Source: a virus (Duplodnaviria; Caudoviricetes). Taken from it: 49,840 bases of DNA. The stretch covers positions 1 through 49,840 of IMG/VR virus record IMGVR_UViG_3300037692_000155; one strand, written 5' to 3'. The notes beneath the pieces were generated by a model. It was not told where the DNA came from and searched no databases. It saw only the letters and a program-made list of their open reading frames with translations. A program made the position numbers and the translations under genes. Of the stretch, positions 24,786 to 33,800 are shown piece after piece; the first letter of the stretch is position 1; each line of letters opens with the position of its first letter.

Positions 24786-25868
24786 ATGTATCTTACAGCC
24801 ACTCAGTTGGAAAACATCGCGAATCAGACCTTCGATTTCTATATCAAGGATAAGATTCTCGGTCAGTCCACTCAGGCGCGTCCGTTGGTACGGATTCTCC
24901 GCGAGAACCAGAAGACCTTCCCGGGCGGGAAGGAATTTATCCACGGCAACGTCCAGTTTGATTACGAGGGCGGGTTCATGGGTTACGAAGGGGACGACGA
25001 AGTCCACTATGACAACCCCGCTGGCGTCAAGCAATTCAGCTTCCCTTGGAAGGAATTGCACGATGGTATCCAAGTTACTCACTCGGAACTGAAAAAGGCC
25101 GGCATCACCGTTGTTGACAGCGCGTTCGGCGAGAATACGCAGAACAACAGCCGTCAGGACATTATTCGCATTACGCAACTGTTTGAAAACAAACTGGACA
25201 CCATGAAAGAGCGCCAAGAGCGTTCCTTCAACTCCATTTGCTGGCAGGATGGTACACAGGACGCGAAGGTGTTCCCCGGCATTCTGTCAATTTTGACGGA
25301 TGACCCCACATCCGGCATCGTAGGTGGTCTTGACCGCGCGGCGCTTACTCTTTGGCGGCACCGCGCTCTGGTCGGGGCCAATGACATTGCCGTCAGCAAG
25401 CCGAACCAGACGCTCTCCAGTACGCTCCGCACCGAGCTTCGCCAGTTGACCCGCTTCGGCGGTCGTCCGAGCATCGCGCTTTGCGGATCGACTTTCTTGG
25501 AGGCTCTGGAATTCGAAATCGAGAACAAGGGCGTATACACTCAGGAAGGGTTTATCAAGCAAGGGGCTACCGAGCTTGGCATGAACAAGGTCACGATGCG
25601 TGGCCTTGGCACCTTCGAATACGACCCTACGCTTGATGACATGGGCTACGAGCGGCGCTGCTATGTCATGGACCCCCGCCACCTTAACCTGTGGGTTATG
25701 GACGGGCAGGACATGAAAAAGCACACCCCGGCACGTCCGGCAGAACGCTACGTTCTGTACCGCGGCGTGACGTGGACGGGTGGCATGATAACCGACATGC
25801 TTAATTGCCATGCGGTTTATGAATGCGATGCCAAGGCAAGCTGGGTGGGTAACGTGGTTCCCGCTTAA
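24786..25868 (+). CDS. major capsid protein
   Basis: 360 aa after the scaffold gene; KTFPGGK, GIVGGLDRA..WR; followed by a terminator. Confidence 0.85.
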   Translation: MYLTATQLENIANQTFDFYIKDKILGQSTQARPLVRILRENQKTFPGGKEFIHGNVQFDYEGGFMGYEGDDEVHYDNPAGVKQFSFPWKELHDGIQVTHSELKKAGITVVDSAFGENTQNNSRQDIIRITQLFENKLDTMKERQERSFNSICWQDGTQDAKVFPGILSILTDDPTSGIVGGLDRAALTLWRHRALVGANDIAVSKPNQTLSSTLRTELRQLTRFGGRPSIALCGSTFLEALEFEIENKGVYTQEGFIKQGATELGMNKVTMRGLGTFEYDPTLDDMGYERRCYVMDPRHLNLWVMDGQDMKKHTPARPAERYVLYRGVTWTGGMITDMLNCHAVYECDAKASWVGNVVPA

Positions 25869-25880
25869 TAACCAGTGAGT

Positions 25881-25905
25881 AAAGAGGTCGGTCACGACCT
25901 CTTTT
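25881..25905 (+). terminator. intrinsic terminator after the capsid gene
   Basis: AAAGAGGTCG-GTCA-CGACCTCTTTT. Confidence 0.6.
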
Positions 25906-25942
25906 CCCGGTTCAACCGAATAAAAAAGATTGGAGAATCAAC

Positions 25943-26872
25943 ATGAATGCAAATAATTTCACAGCTGTAAAGGTTGTCCTTGGGGGCGCAGTGGCCACCA
26001 ACGGAACCTTTACGGTCCCGTATCCGGACGGCAAGGGCTTGGCGGATTACGAAAATGCGGTCGGGCATTATTTCTTGGCTCTTGGAGCGAAGTTTACACA
26101 GCCCGACGATTTCACTATCGCCTTTACGACCTTGGCGACGATCACCTACAAGGGCGCGACAACCTTGCCGCAGGGCACGGAAATCTATGTCCAGCTTGAA
26201 GAGGTGGGCCGCGCCAAACCCAAGGCCGGATACGTCAATGACGGCGCAACAAAGGTGTCGATTACCAAGCTCCGGGAACTTGAACTGCTCCAGATCGATC
26301 TGGGCGCTCCTATTACGGCGGACCCCAACGGGTACGTTGAAAGCCAAGACCTCACGGCCCTTGGCGTTTTCTCGGTTAGTACAACCGTTGCAGCGGCTCT
26401 CGCGGCAGCGGCTCTGGACGGTGTGGCCGACGTTCCCCGGAACGTCGTTGCCGCTTGGACAGGTACAGCCGTATTAACCGTTACTGGAACCGATGAATAC
26501 GATCAGGTAATCGTAGAAAGCTCGGCTTCCGGCACCTCGCTTACCGGTAAGAAGGCGTTCAAGACCATAACCAATATTACGGCGTCGGCGAACATCACTT
26601 CCTTGACGGTCGGTACGGGAGACGTTCTGGGAATTCCGGTCTGGTTGCCTTCGGGCGGCTACATCATTTCAGAGCTGGAGGACGGCGCGGCTGTTGGCAC
26701 AGCCGGAACTCTCGTAGCCGGGCTGGCCCCGAATACGATCTCCACGGCCACCACGGCGGACGTTCGGGGCACCTATGACCCGAATTCGGCTTGCGACGGG
26801 GCGAAGTCCTTCTCGCTGATCGCGGTATTGCCGGACCCGACTCACTTGGGTAACGACCAGTACGCCGGTTAA
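25943..26872 (+). CDS. capsid decoration/minor structural protein
   Basis: A/T/G-rich beta protein (DVPRNV, GKKAFK, DVRGTY) directly after the capsid gene. Confidence 0.65.
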   Translation: MNANNFTAVKVVLGGAVATNGTFTVPYPDGKGLADYENAVGHYFLALGAKFTQPDDFTIAFTTLATITYKGATTLPQGTEIYVQLEEVGRAKPKAGYVNDGATKVSITKLRELELLQIDLGAPITADPNGYVESQDLTALGVFSVSTTVAAALAAAALDGVADVPRNVVAAWTGTAVLTVTGTDEYDQVIVESSASGTSLTGKKAFKTITNITASANITSLTVGTGDVLGIPVWLPSGGYIISELEDGAAVGTAGTLVAGLAPNTISTATTADVRGTYDPNSACDGAKSFSLIAVLPDPTHLGNDQYAG

Positions 26873-26951
26873 CGGTTATTGATATAAGTGGCCTTATCCC
26901 CTAAAATGTGGGGGTAAGGTCCGATCAACAGAATATGAAGAGGAAAACACT

Positions 26952-27374
26952 ATGGAAATTTATAAAGCCGAAATCTGCATTGGGGGTCTTCTCACCAATA
27001 CGGTAATCAAGGACGAACTGACCGCCGCGGAAATTCTTATCTTGCGGCAGGTCCACGGCGATGATGCGGTTCGCGGCATTACCCCCAGAGGGAATCGGCA
27101 GATTGAATATCAGAAGGAATATGACCGCCTTTTGCGCAAATTCGGCAAGAGGAAACTCGAAGCCGCCTTCCCGGGCGCAAGGCCGGTATTGCCCCAAAAG
27201 CTTGCCGACGTAGGCATAATCCTTCAATCCGATGGCTATATCAATGATACGGTTGTCGCCAAAGGGCCGAACGCGGGCCACAACAAGGGCAAAGCCAAAA
27301 CCAAGATGGAAAAAGAAATTGATGATCTTGGAATCGAATCCGACGACGATGAAGAGAAAGACGAAGCTGCATGA
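26952..27374 (+). CDS. hypothetical protein
   Basis: ORF track; GAGG RBS; TTGATA-17-TAAAAT at 26879-26907. Confidence 0.7.
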   Translation: MEIYKAEICIGGLLTNTVIKDELTAAEILILRQVHGDDAVRGITPRGNRQIEYQKEYDRLLRKFGKRKLEAAFPGARPVLPQKLADVGIILQSDGYINDTVVAKGPNAGHNKGKAKTKMEKEIDDLGIESDDDEEKDEAA

Positions 27375-28087
27375 GGGGTAGGACGCTCACTCAATTGCTG
27401 GAATCAGTGAGGCTGGAATCCGGGCGTTCAAGCTCGACCACTCTCGGCCAAAACGAAGAGCCGGCGTTGAAGCAGCGTATCAACCGGATTTATGAGTTTT
27501 TCTGGTTTGACCACTCTTGGCCGCACCTGAAAATCATGGACGCGGATAAGTCTGTCGCAGCGGGGGTCTACGAGTTCGACCCCCCTACTGCTATAGACCT
27601 TGAAACTATCGAGAAGGTGGCTTGTCGCTTTGGCGACAAGTGGCATCCGATGGGTCGCGGGATAAACACCGAGCTTTATAACGCGCTTGATTCGGAAGCC
27701 GACGAACGCAGCTTCCCGATTGAGAACTATGATATCCAGTATACAGGGGCCGCAGCTCAGATCGTCGTTTGGCCCCGCCCCTCACAGGATACGACTGTTC
27801 GTTTTCAAGGCCGTCGCGCCTTTGCCAAGCTCGTGAACGGGAGTGACGTTTGTTATCTGGATGACCAGATCATATACCTCCACGCCGCCGCCGAGCTTTT
27901 AGCCAAGGCGGAAGACCCCATGGCTGAATCGATGGCATCGGCGGCGAGGCGTCGGCTTAATATTATGAAATACGGACTGGGGAAAAACCGAAATTCCAAA
28001 TTTAATCTGGGGGGTCAGCAATCGGTTGAGCCTTCTAAGCGCGGGCAGGGCGAAGTAAGGGTAGCTATCGCGCCGGTTTCGGAATAG
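27371..28087 (+). CDS. head-tail adaptor (tail tubular protein A-like)
   Basis: Position and size; TL..L...VR N-terminus, W.W..L, VWP.P motifs. Confidence 0.65.
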   Translation: MRGRTLTQLLESVRLESGRSSSTTLGQNEEPALKQRINRIYEFFWFDHSWPHLKIMDADKSVAAGVYEFDPPTAIDLETIEKVACRFGDKWHPMGRGINTELYNALDSEADERSFPIENYDIQYTGAAAQIVVWPRPSQDTTVRFQGRRAFAKLVNGSDVCYLDDQIIYLHAAAELLAKAEDPMAESMASAARRRLNIMKYGLGKNRNSKFNLGGQQSVEPSKRGQGEVRVAIAPVSE

Positions 28088-28096
28088 GGGGCCACC

Positions 28097-30502
28097 ATGC
28101 CATATATCGCCATCGAGAATTTCAAAGGCGGGCTGGACAAAAGGCGGATGGAGTTGACGGCAGAGGTCGGCTCGCTCCAAACTTTGAAAAATGCACACAT
28201 CACTCGGGGCGGGGAGATCGAAAAGGCGCTCGCTTTTATCGAGGAATACGTTCTGCCCGAGGGCACTTTTGGACTGGCCATTGCCCGGGCCGGGCTTTAT
28301 GTTTTTGGCTCTGCGGTATCCCCTGCGGGGCTTGATTCGGATATTTCGTATCAGAGATTACAAAGCCCTGACGGGGCCGCGATGACCGGCGTTGTGGCTA
28401 TCGACGCGGTAGCCGGGAAGCTTTACGTGGTCGCGGATTTCGCGGATGGCAACCGGTATCATTTCTACGACGGGACGATTATCGGGGACTGGTACACTGG
28501 CATTGTCCGGACGTCTATGACAAATAATGATGGAATCGCAGAACATCTTAAAACCTTGATTGATGCCAGTCCGGATTATTCTGCGACAAGGGCTGGTTCC
28601 GTCGTCACGATCACCGGGGCGGGCGCTACGGCGTTCACGATCACGGCCACTGCCCGAAACGGCGAAGGGAACACCTTCAACAACCAAACCGCGGTAGTCG
28701 CCACGACGCAAGAGGCGGCTTCCGGTGGGGTCGAGGTTTTATCGGTAGGCTCTTTTCAAGTATCTGGCGGCTCTCCGGGTAACGCTAATCGTATTACGTC
28801 GGTTACTGTGGACGGCGTTGAAATTCTGGGGGGTCCAGCGGAGGTTCTTGCAACCGGTAATTTTGAAGTTTGGTGGGGCACGAATGACCCGGCCAATACA
28901 ATTGATACTGTCACCGTGAACGGCGTCGATATTCTGGGAGCGCCGGTACAGGCGCTCGGGGACAATGATGATACGGCAGCGGCGATAAGGGCGCAGATCA
29001 ACGGCTATACGTCGGTTCCGAACTACACGGCGACGGGTACGGATAACGAGGTCGTTATCGTCGCGGCTGCGGGTTCTGGTGACACGCCGAACGGGTACGT
29101 CGTCGGGACTACCGAATCCGGAGACGTGAGTATCGGCTCGGTTTCGAACATGGACAACGGGGAACCTGCCGGGGTCGAATGGGCTACGTCGAACAGCGCG
29201 ACGGCGCAGTTAATTGTCAACCAGATTAATACGTACTCTTCGGCAACCGAGTACACCGCGACTCGCGATGTGAGTACAGTCCTTATCACCGCGCTCGCGG
29301 GAACCGGGGATACGCCTAACGGTAAAATTGTCGCCGTCGTCGATACCGGGTCCGTCGTATTGTCCGACATTACCGATATGCATGGAGGGGTGACGGCAGG
29401 GTCCGGGCAGCCCCAGATATCGACGGTCACTATAGGGGGCACGTTTGAAGCCGGCGATCTGTTTTCGGTCTTTCTGGCCGATACCGAGTTCGGGGCCGGG
29501 AGGGTCGCGGGGCTGCAATCAGAGCGCCCGATAAAAAACCATAAAAACAAGATGTACGCCGCCCACGAAGCGACTTTGCTCTTCTCCGGGATCGCAGAGC
29601 CGACTAAATGGAAGGCGGGGGATACCGGTTCGGGCGCTATCGATATGTCCAGCCAATCGTCCGGCTTTGAGGATATTACGGCCATTTCAGTGTATCAGAA
29701 CAACTTGGCCGTCTTTTCCCGGAATGCTACGCAAATCTGGTTCGTGGACCCAGACCCGGACGCGAACACTCAGCTTCAAGTCTTGGAGAATATTGGCACT
29801 CGTAGCCCTAATTCCGTCGTCGGGTTCGGGGATAGCGATGTGTTCTTCCTGTCCGATACGGGTGTGCGCTCGCTTCGGGCGAGAGACAGCTCGAACGCCG
29901 CGGCGATCAGCGATGTCGGGACTCCGGTGGATACGATGATCGTTGCGCATATGTCTACACTCACTGAAAACCAGATAGCGGACGCAAAAGGGGTTATCGA
30001 GCCAACCGATGGCCGGTACATCCTCGCGCTGGACGAAACGATGTACGTCTTTTCCTTTTTCTCTTCTTCAAAAATATCGAGCTGGTCCACTTATGAACGT
30101 GATCTTGTTATTGATTGGTTCGCCAAATCGGGTACGGAGGTGTACGCACGTTCTGGCGATAGTATTTATCTTTTGGGCGGCAGCGACGGCGAAACGTATT
30201 CAGATGATCCGGTCGTTGTGGAACTCCCCTATGTGAATGGTAAAAAACTCGCAAACTTCAAGGAATGGACGGCTCTCGACATGGCCATTGAGGGTACATG
30301 GCTTCTCGAATACAACAGCGATCCGAATCAGCCCACCGTCTGGGAGACTATAGGTACGGTTGACAAGCACACAATCGGGGAGTTGAACAATGCCGTACAG
30401 GCGTGGGGGCCGGTCTTCAAGTTGCGGATGACGAACGTATCAGAGGCGTATGCGCGGATTGGTACTATTTTGATTCATTACCGGGAGACAAAACAGACAT
30501 GA
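28097..30502 (+). CDS. tail nozzle/stabilisation protein with internal repeat insertion
   Basis: IENFKGGLD start, beta-propeller-like C-terminal part, position after the adaptor. Confidence 0.7.
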   Translation: MPYIAIENFKGGLDKRRMELTAEVGSLQTLKNAHITRGGEIEKALAFIEEYVLPEGTFGLAIARAGLYVFGSAVSPAGLDSDISYQRLQSPDGAAMTGVVAIDAVAGKLYVVADFADGNRYHFYDGTIIGDWYTGIVRTSMTNNDGIAEHLKTLIDASPDYSATRAGSVVTITGAGATAFTITATARNGEGNTFNNQTAVVATTQEAASGGVEVLSVGSFQVSGGSPGNANRITSVTVDGVEILGGPAEVLATGNFEVWWGTNDPANTIDTVTVNGVDILGAPVQALGDNDDTAAAIRAQINGYTSVPNYTATGTDNEVVIVAAAGSGDTPNGYVVGTTESGDVSIGSVSNMDNGEPAGVEWATSNSATAQLIVNQINTYSSATEYTATRDVSTVLITALAGTGDTPNGKIVAVVDTGSVVLSDITDMHGGVTAGSGQPQISTVTIGGTFEAGDLFSVFLADTEFGAGRVAGLQSERPIKNHKNKMYAAHEATLLFSGIAEPTKWKAGDTGSGAIDMSSQSSGFEDITAISVYQNNLAVFSRNATQIWFVDPDPDANTQLQVLENIGTRSPNSVVGFGDSDVFFLSDTGVRSLRARDSSNAAAISDVGTPVDTMIVAHMSTLTENQIADAKGVIEPTDGRYILALDETMYVFSFFSSSKISSWSTYERDLVIDWFAKSGTEVYARSGDSIYLLGGSDGETYSDDPVVVELPYVNGKKLANFKEWTALDMAIEGTWLLEYNSDPNQPTVWETIGTVDKHTIGELNNAVQAWGPVFKLRMTNVSEAYARIGTILIHYRETKQT

Positions 30503-30963
30503 TGATACGTCAAGCAACGGCGGAAGACATCCCGCAAATGGTGGATGTGGGTACGGAGTTTTTCAAAGAGAGCAACTTCTTTGGCGGGCTTACAGTGGAC
30601 CCGGTTTGCGGGGCCGGGACTTTCGGCTATATGATCGCGTCACAGGATCACGTCGTATTACTTGCCATGGATGAAGAAAAGCTCGTTGGTTTTATCATCT
30701 TTGATTATGTAAGATATTACACGGTCGAGCTGGTTTCCCACCTCTTTCTGTTTTACGTACTCCCGGAATATCGGAATGGGCTGCTTGGCGTTCGGCTTTT
30801 GCGAGAGGCAGAGAGAATCGCCAAGGAAAAGGGGTCAAAACGATTTTATTGTTCGTCAACCGCGGGGCTGGATACGGATGGCCGTACCGACAAAAAGCTG
30901 TTAAACTTATACAAGCGGCTTGGGTTTGAAGAACTTGGTTGCTTCGTAATGAAAGGGCTGTAG
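30499..30963 (+). CDS. GNAT-family acetyltransferase
   Basis: IRQATAEDIP; FYVLPEYRNG.LG..LL; LYKRLGF. Confidence 0.85.
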   Translation: MMIRQATAEDIPQMVDVGTEFFKESNFFGGLTVDPVCGAGTFGYMIASQDHVVLLAMDEEKLVGFIIFDYVRYYTVELVSHLFLFYVLPEYRNGLLGVRLLREAERIAKEKGSKRFYCSSTAGLDTDGRTDKKLLNLYKRLGFEELGCFVMKGL

Positions 30964-30965
30964 CA

Positions 30966-31589
30966 ATGTCTAAGATTTCCAAAGTTTTCGGGGGCGGGAA
31001 GGACAAATCCGCTGAAAGAGCCGCCGAAGAGGCGAGACAACGGGAGGCACAGCGTCAGGCGCGTCTTTCGCAAGGGCGTTCGAGTATTGAGAGCGCCTTT
31101 TCCGAGTTTGATGACCCCTATTATGATAGCCGCTCAAAAGCGTACACAGACTGGGCGCTTCCGCAACTGGACACCCAGTTTGCCAATCAGAAAAAGCAAT
31201 TGATCTACGCGCTTTCCCGCGGCGGCAAGCTCTCTTCGTCTACAGCGGCTGAAAAGCAGCGGGAACTCCAAGAGGAATACGCCCGCAATCGCCAGATGGT
31301 CGAATCAAAAGGGCAGGACTATTCGACCGGCGCAAAGACGGACGTTGCCGACAACCGGGCGCAACTTTTATCTATTCTCGGATCGACCGAAGACCCGACA
31401 ACGGTGGCCAACGAAGCCGCACGCCGGGCCGCGCTTATGCGCGAATCTCCGTCTTTTGATCCTTTGGGCAATCTCTTTTCTGACATTGCCGGTACTATCG
31501 GCAAGGTACAGTCGGCTAACACCGCGGGCACTGCTTTCAGCGGCGGGGGGCTTTTTAGCAGCGGCGGCAGTGGTCGTATAGTGAGGTAG
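30966..31589 (+). CDS. internal virion/ejection protein
   Basis: GGGK..SA start, helical A/Q/G-rich sequence; position. Confidence 0.6.
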   Translation: MSKISKVFGGGKDKSAERAAEEARQREAQRQARLSQGRSSIESAFSEFDDPYYDSRSKAYTDWALPQLDTQFANQKKQLIYALSRGGKLSSSTAAEKQRELQEEYARNRQMVESKGQDYSTGAKTDVADNRAQLLSILGSTEDPTTVANEAARRAALMRESPSFDPLGNLFSDIAGTIGKVQSANTAGTAFSGGGLFSSGGSGRIVR

Positions 31590-31593
31590 AACG

Positions 31594-32370
31594 ATGGTTG
31601 CATGGCTCATTCCGGCTTTAGTTGCCGCGGCTTCGTCTGTGGGGTCTAACGCCCTACACAACAGCGCGGCGAACAAAGTTGCGAAGGAACAACGCCTTCG
31701 TGAAATGATGGAGCTTTCCCGTCAGGACGAAATGCGTAGCCGGGCGCAAGGATCATTTGCCGACCTGCTCGCTACTCATTCCAAAGAGGCCCAGCTCGCC
31801 GATCAGGCCTCGGAAGTAGACAAACTGGAAAAGGCGTACACCGGAGCGGTTAGCCCCAGCCGGTTCATGGAACTGCTCCCGGGACAGGGGGACTCCAGTA
31901 AGACGGTTATGAGTGACATTATTAACGAAGGGACTAAGGGCGTTACCAGAGCTACGGCTTCCGGCAAAGCAAGAGCCAACCTTGAAGGGTACGGGCGCAG
32001 CGGGATTAACAACGCCATCCGGTTCAATGACACGCACCAAACCCTTAATAATATTGCCGATGAAAGCCGGGGGAGCGCTAATATCCTGCCGCTCGAACTT
32101 AATGCCGCGCAGAATAAGGGTGCGAACAAGCGCGGGTGGGCGAATCTGCTTTCAACAGTCGGCAGTATTGCCGGCTCGGTCGCCGCGGGCAGCGCGTTCA
32201 ATTCCGCGCTCGGCGGGGGCGCGGGAGCGACACAGGCGTCAACGGTCGGGCAGGTGGCCGGAGCGAATGCGCCGCTCGGTGCGAAGTTCTCCACCCTTCT
32301 TAAGGGGGGAAATCTTTATGGTTCGATTCCGGGGATGCCTAATAGCTGGGTGCAAGGGGTGCCTTTGTAA
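31594..32370 (+). CDS. internal virion/ejection protein
   Basis: Hydrophobic N-terminus, G/A-rich C-terminus; position. Confidence 0.6.
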   Translation: MVAWLIPALVAAASSVGSNALHNSAANKVAKEQRLREMMELSRQDEMRSRAQGSFADLLATHSKEAQLADQASEVDKLEKAYTGAVSPSRFMELLPGQGDSSKTVMSDIINEGTKGVTRATASGKARANLEGYGRSGINNAIRFNDTHQTLNNIADESRGSANILPLELNAAQNKGANKRGWANLLSTVGSIAGSVAAGSAFNSALGGGAGATQASTVGQVAGANAPLGAKFSTLLKGGNLYGSIPGMPNSWVQGVPL

Positions 32371-33800
32371 TGCCGTATGTAACCAACCCGTTTTATTCAG
32401 GGGGCCGCGAACAGGGCCAAGTGGCCATGGCGAACGCCATGGAAGGCCTTGGCAACATATTCAGCGGTGGCGACCCGATTCAACAGGCCAAGATGGCCGC
32501 GCTTGGCGCGGGCCACCGTAAAGACCTTGCCGCCGCCGCGCTCGATCAGGACGAACTTAGCGCCCGGGCCAATCTGGGGGATGTATTCAGCAATTTCACG
32601 ACGACCGGACCCGATGGCTCTTCGGCCATGGTCCCGGAAGCGGATTTCCGGGCTGCGACGATTGGCGCATTGCCGGACTTGATTCGCGCCGGACAGGGGG
32701 CGAACGTAAGGGACATTTTGTCCATTCCGGGTATTGCTTCCGGTGATGACGACCTCGCGGCCATGGGTTCGCTATTCCTCCGGTCCATGGGTCCGAACGA
32801 CGCTTTCAGTCTCGGAGATCGTGAGGGTGTAGCTTCTCGCAACGCCGCAAACGACCTTAACGAGGCTACGGCGGTCCAAAGCCTCTCGAACGCCGGGGGG
32901 CTGCAAAAGCAACAGCTTTGGAATGAAGGGGCAATGGACCGGTTACAGGCAATGCCGATGTCTTCCGATGAACTGAAAGCCAGTACCCTTTCCAGCCAAT
33001 ATTCTCCCGAGGAGCTGGGTAATGTTTTTATGACCGACATTGTGGGCGGGGTTACTCCGCGCAACGTCGTTCTCCCCGCCGAAGAGGGGCAAGACCCGAG
33101 GCAGACGGTCGCTATCGGGAATATGTTTATGGACGAAGCCGGGGACTACCAGAATCTGCCCTTTGGATCGCAGGTGTTCACCGCGCAGACCAGCGGCGAG
33201 GGGCCGGATGCGGCTCTCGGGTTTGGCACGAAGGGCCAGAACATGCTCGACGAAAAGATCATAAATACCGACGCGCAATTAATGCGTATCGACAACACGA
33301 TCCGGGAATTCGAGACGAAATACCAGTCAATCCCGTTTAAGGCGTCCATGACGGTCGCGGATTGGAGCGAGAAGCTGGGCCGGGAACTCCCCCCGGAGCA
33401 GCAAGCCGAGCTGACGGAGTACGCACAGTTCCGCCGCGGCGCTATGGAAAACTTGAATCAGACTATCCGGGAAATCACCGGGGCACAGCTCTCCCCCGGG
33501 GAGGCCGTCCGGATTTCTCAGCAACTGCCTAACCCCGGTATCGGACTTATGGACGGCGACGGCCCGACTGGGTTCATGGCTAAGGCCAAGGATGTACGCC
33601 GTTATATTAAAGCCGCGCAGAACAGGGCTTTGGACTTTCGGCAAAAAGGGATATCCATTATTACCGACGAAATTGCCGCGCAATATCCGCTGGAGAACTA
33701 TCTGGATGAAGGCCGGACTTCGGCAGTCCCCGGAGGTCCAGCGGACGACGTACGGTCCCTGTCCGATGAAGAATTGCTGCAAAGGTTGAACGGTGGCTAA
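32370..33800 (+). CDS. internal virion/ejection protein
   Basis: 476 aa helical protein in the podovirus ejection-gene position. Confidence 0.55.
   Translation: MPYVTNPFYSGGREQGQVAMANAMEGLGNIFSGGDPIQQAKMAALGAGHRKDLAAAALDQDELSARANLGDVFSNFTTTGPDGSSAMVPEADFRAATIGALPDLIRAGQGANVRDILSIPGIASGDDDLAAMGSLFLRSMGPNDAFSLGDREGVASRNAANDLNEATAVQSLSNAGGLQKQQLWNEGAMDRLQAMPMSSDELKASTLSSQYSPEELGNVFMTDIVGGVTPRNVVLPAEEGQDPRQTVAIGNMFMDEAGDYQNLPFGSQVFTAQTSGEGPDAALGFGTKGQNMLDEKIINTDAQLMRIDNTIREFETKYQSIPFKASMTVADWSEKLGRELPPEQQAELTEYAQFRRGAMENLNQTIREITGAQLSPGEAVRISQQLPNPGIGLMDGDGPTGFMAKAKDVRRYIKAAQNRALDFRQKGISIITDEIAAQYPLENYLDEGRTSAVPGGPADDVRSLSDEELLQRLNGG

Noticed and set aside
26890-26921. Hairpin as an N4-like virion RNA polymerase promoter
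   Set aside because: No phage RNA polymerase gene was recognised; it is more simply a terminator-like hairpin overlapping a TTGATA-17-TAAAAT promoter.
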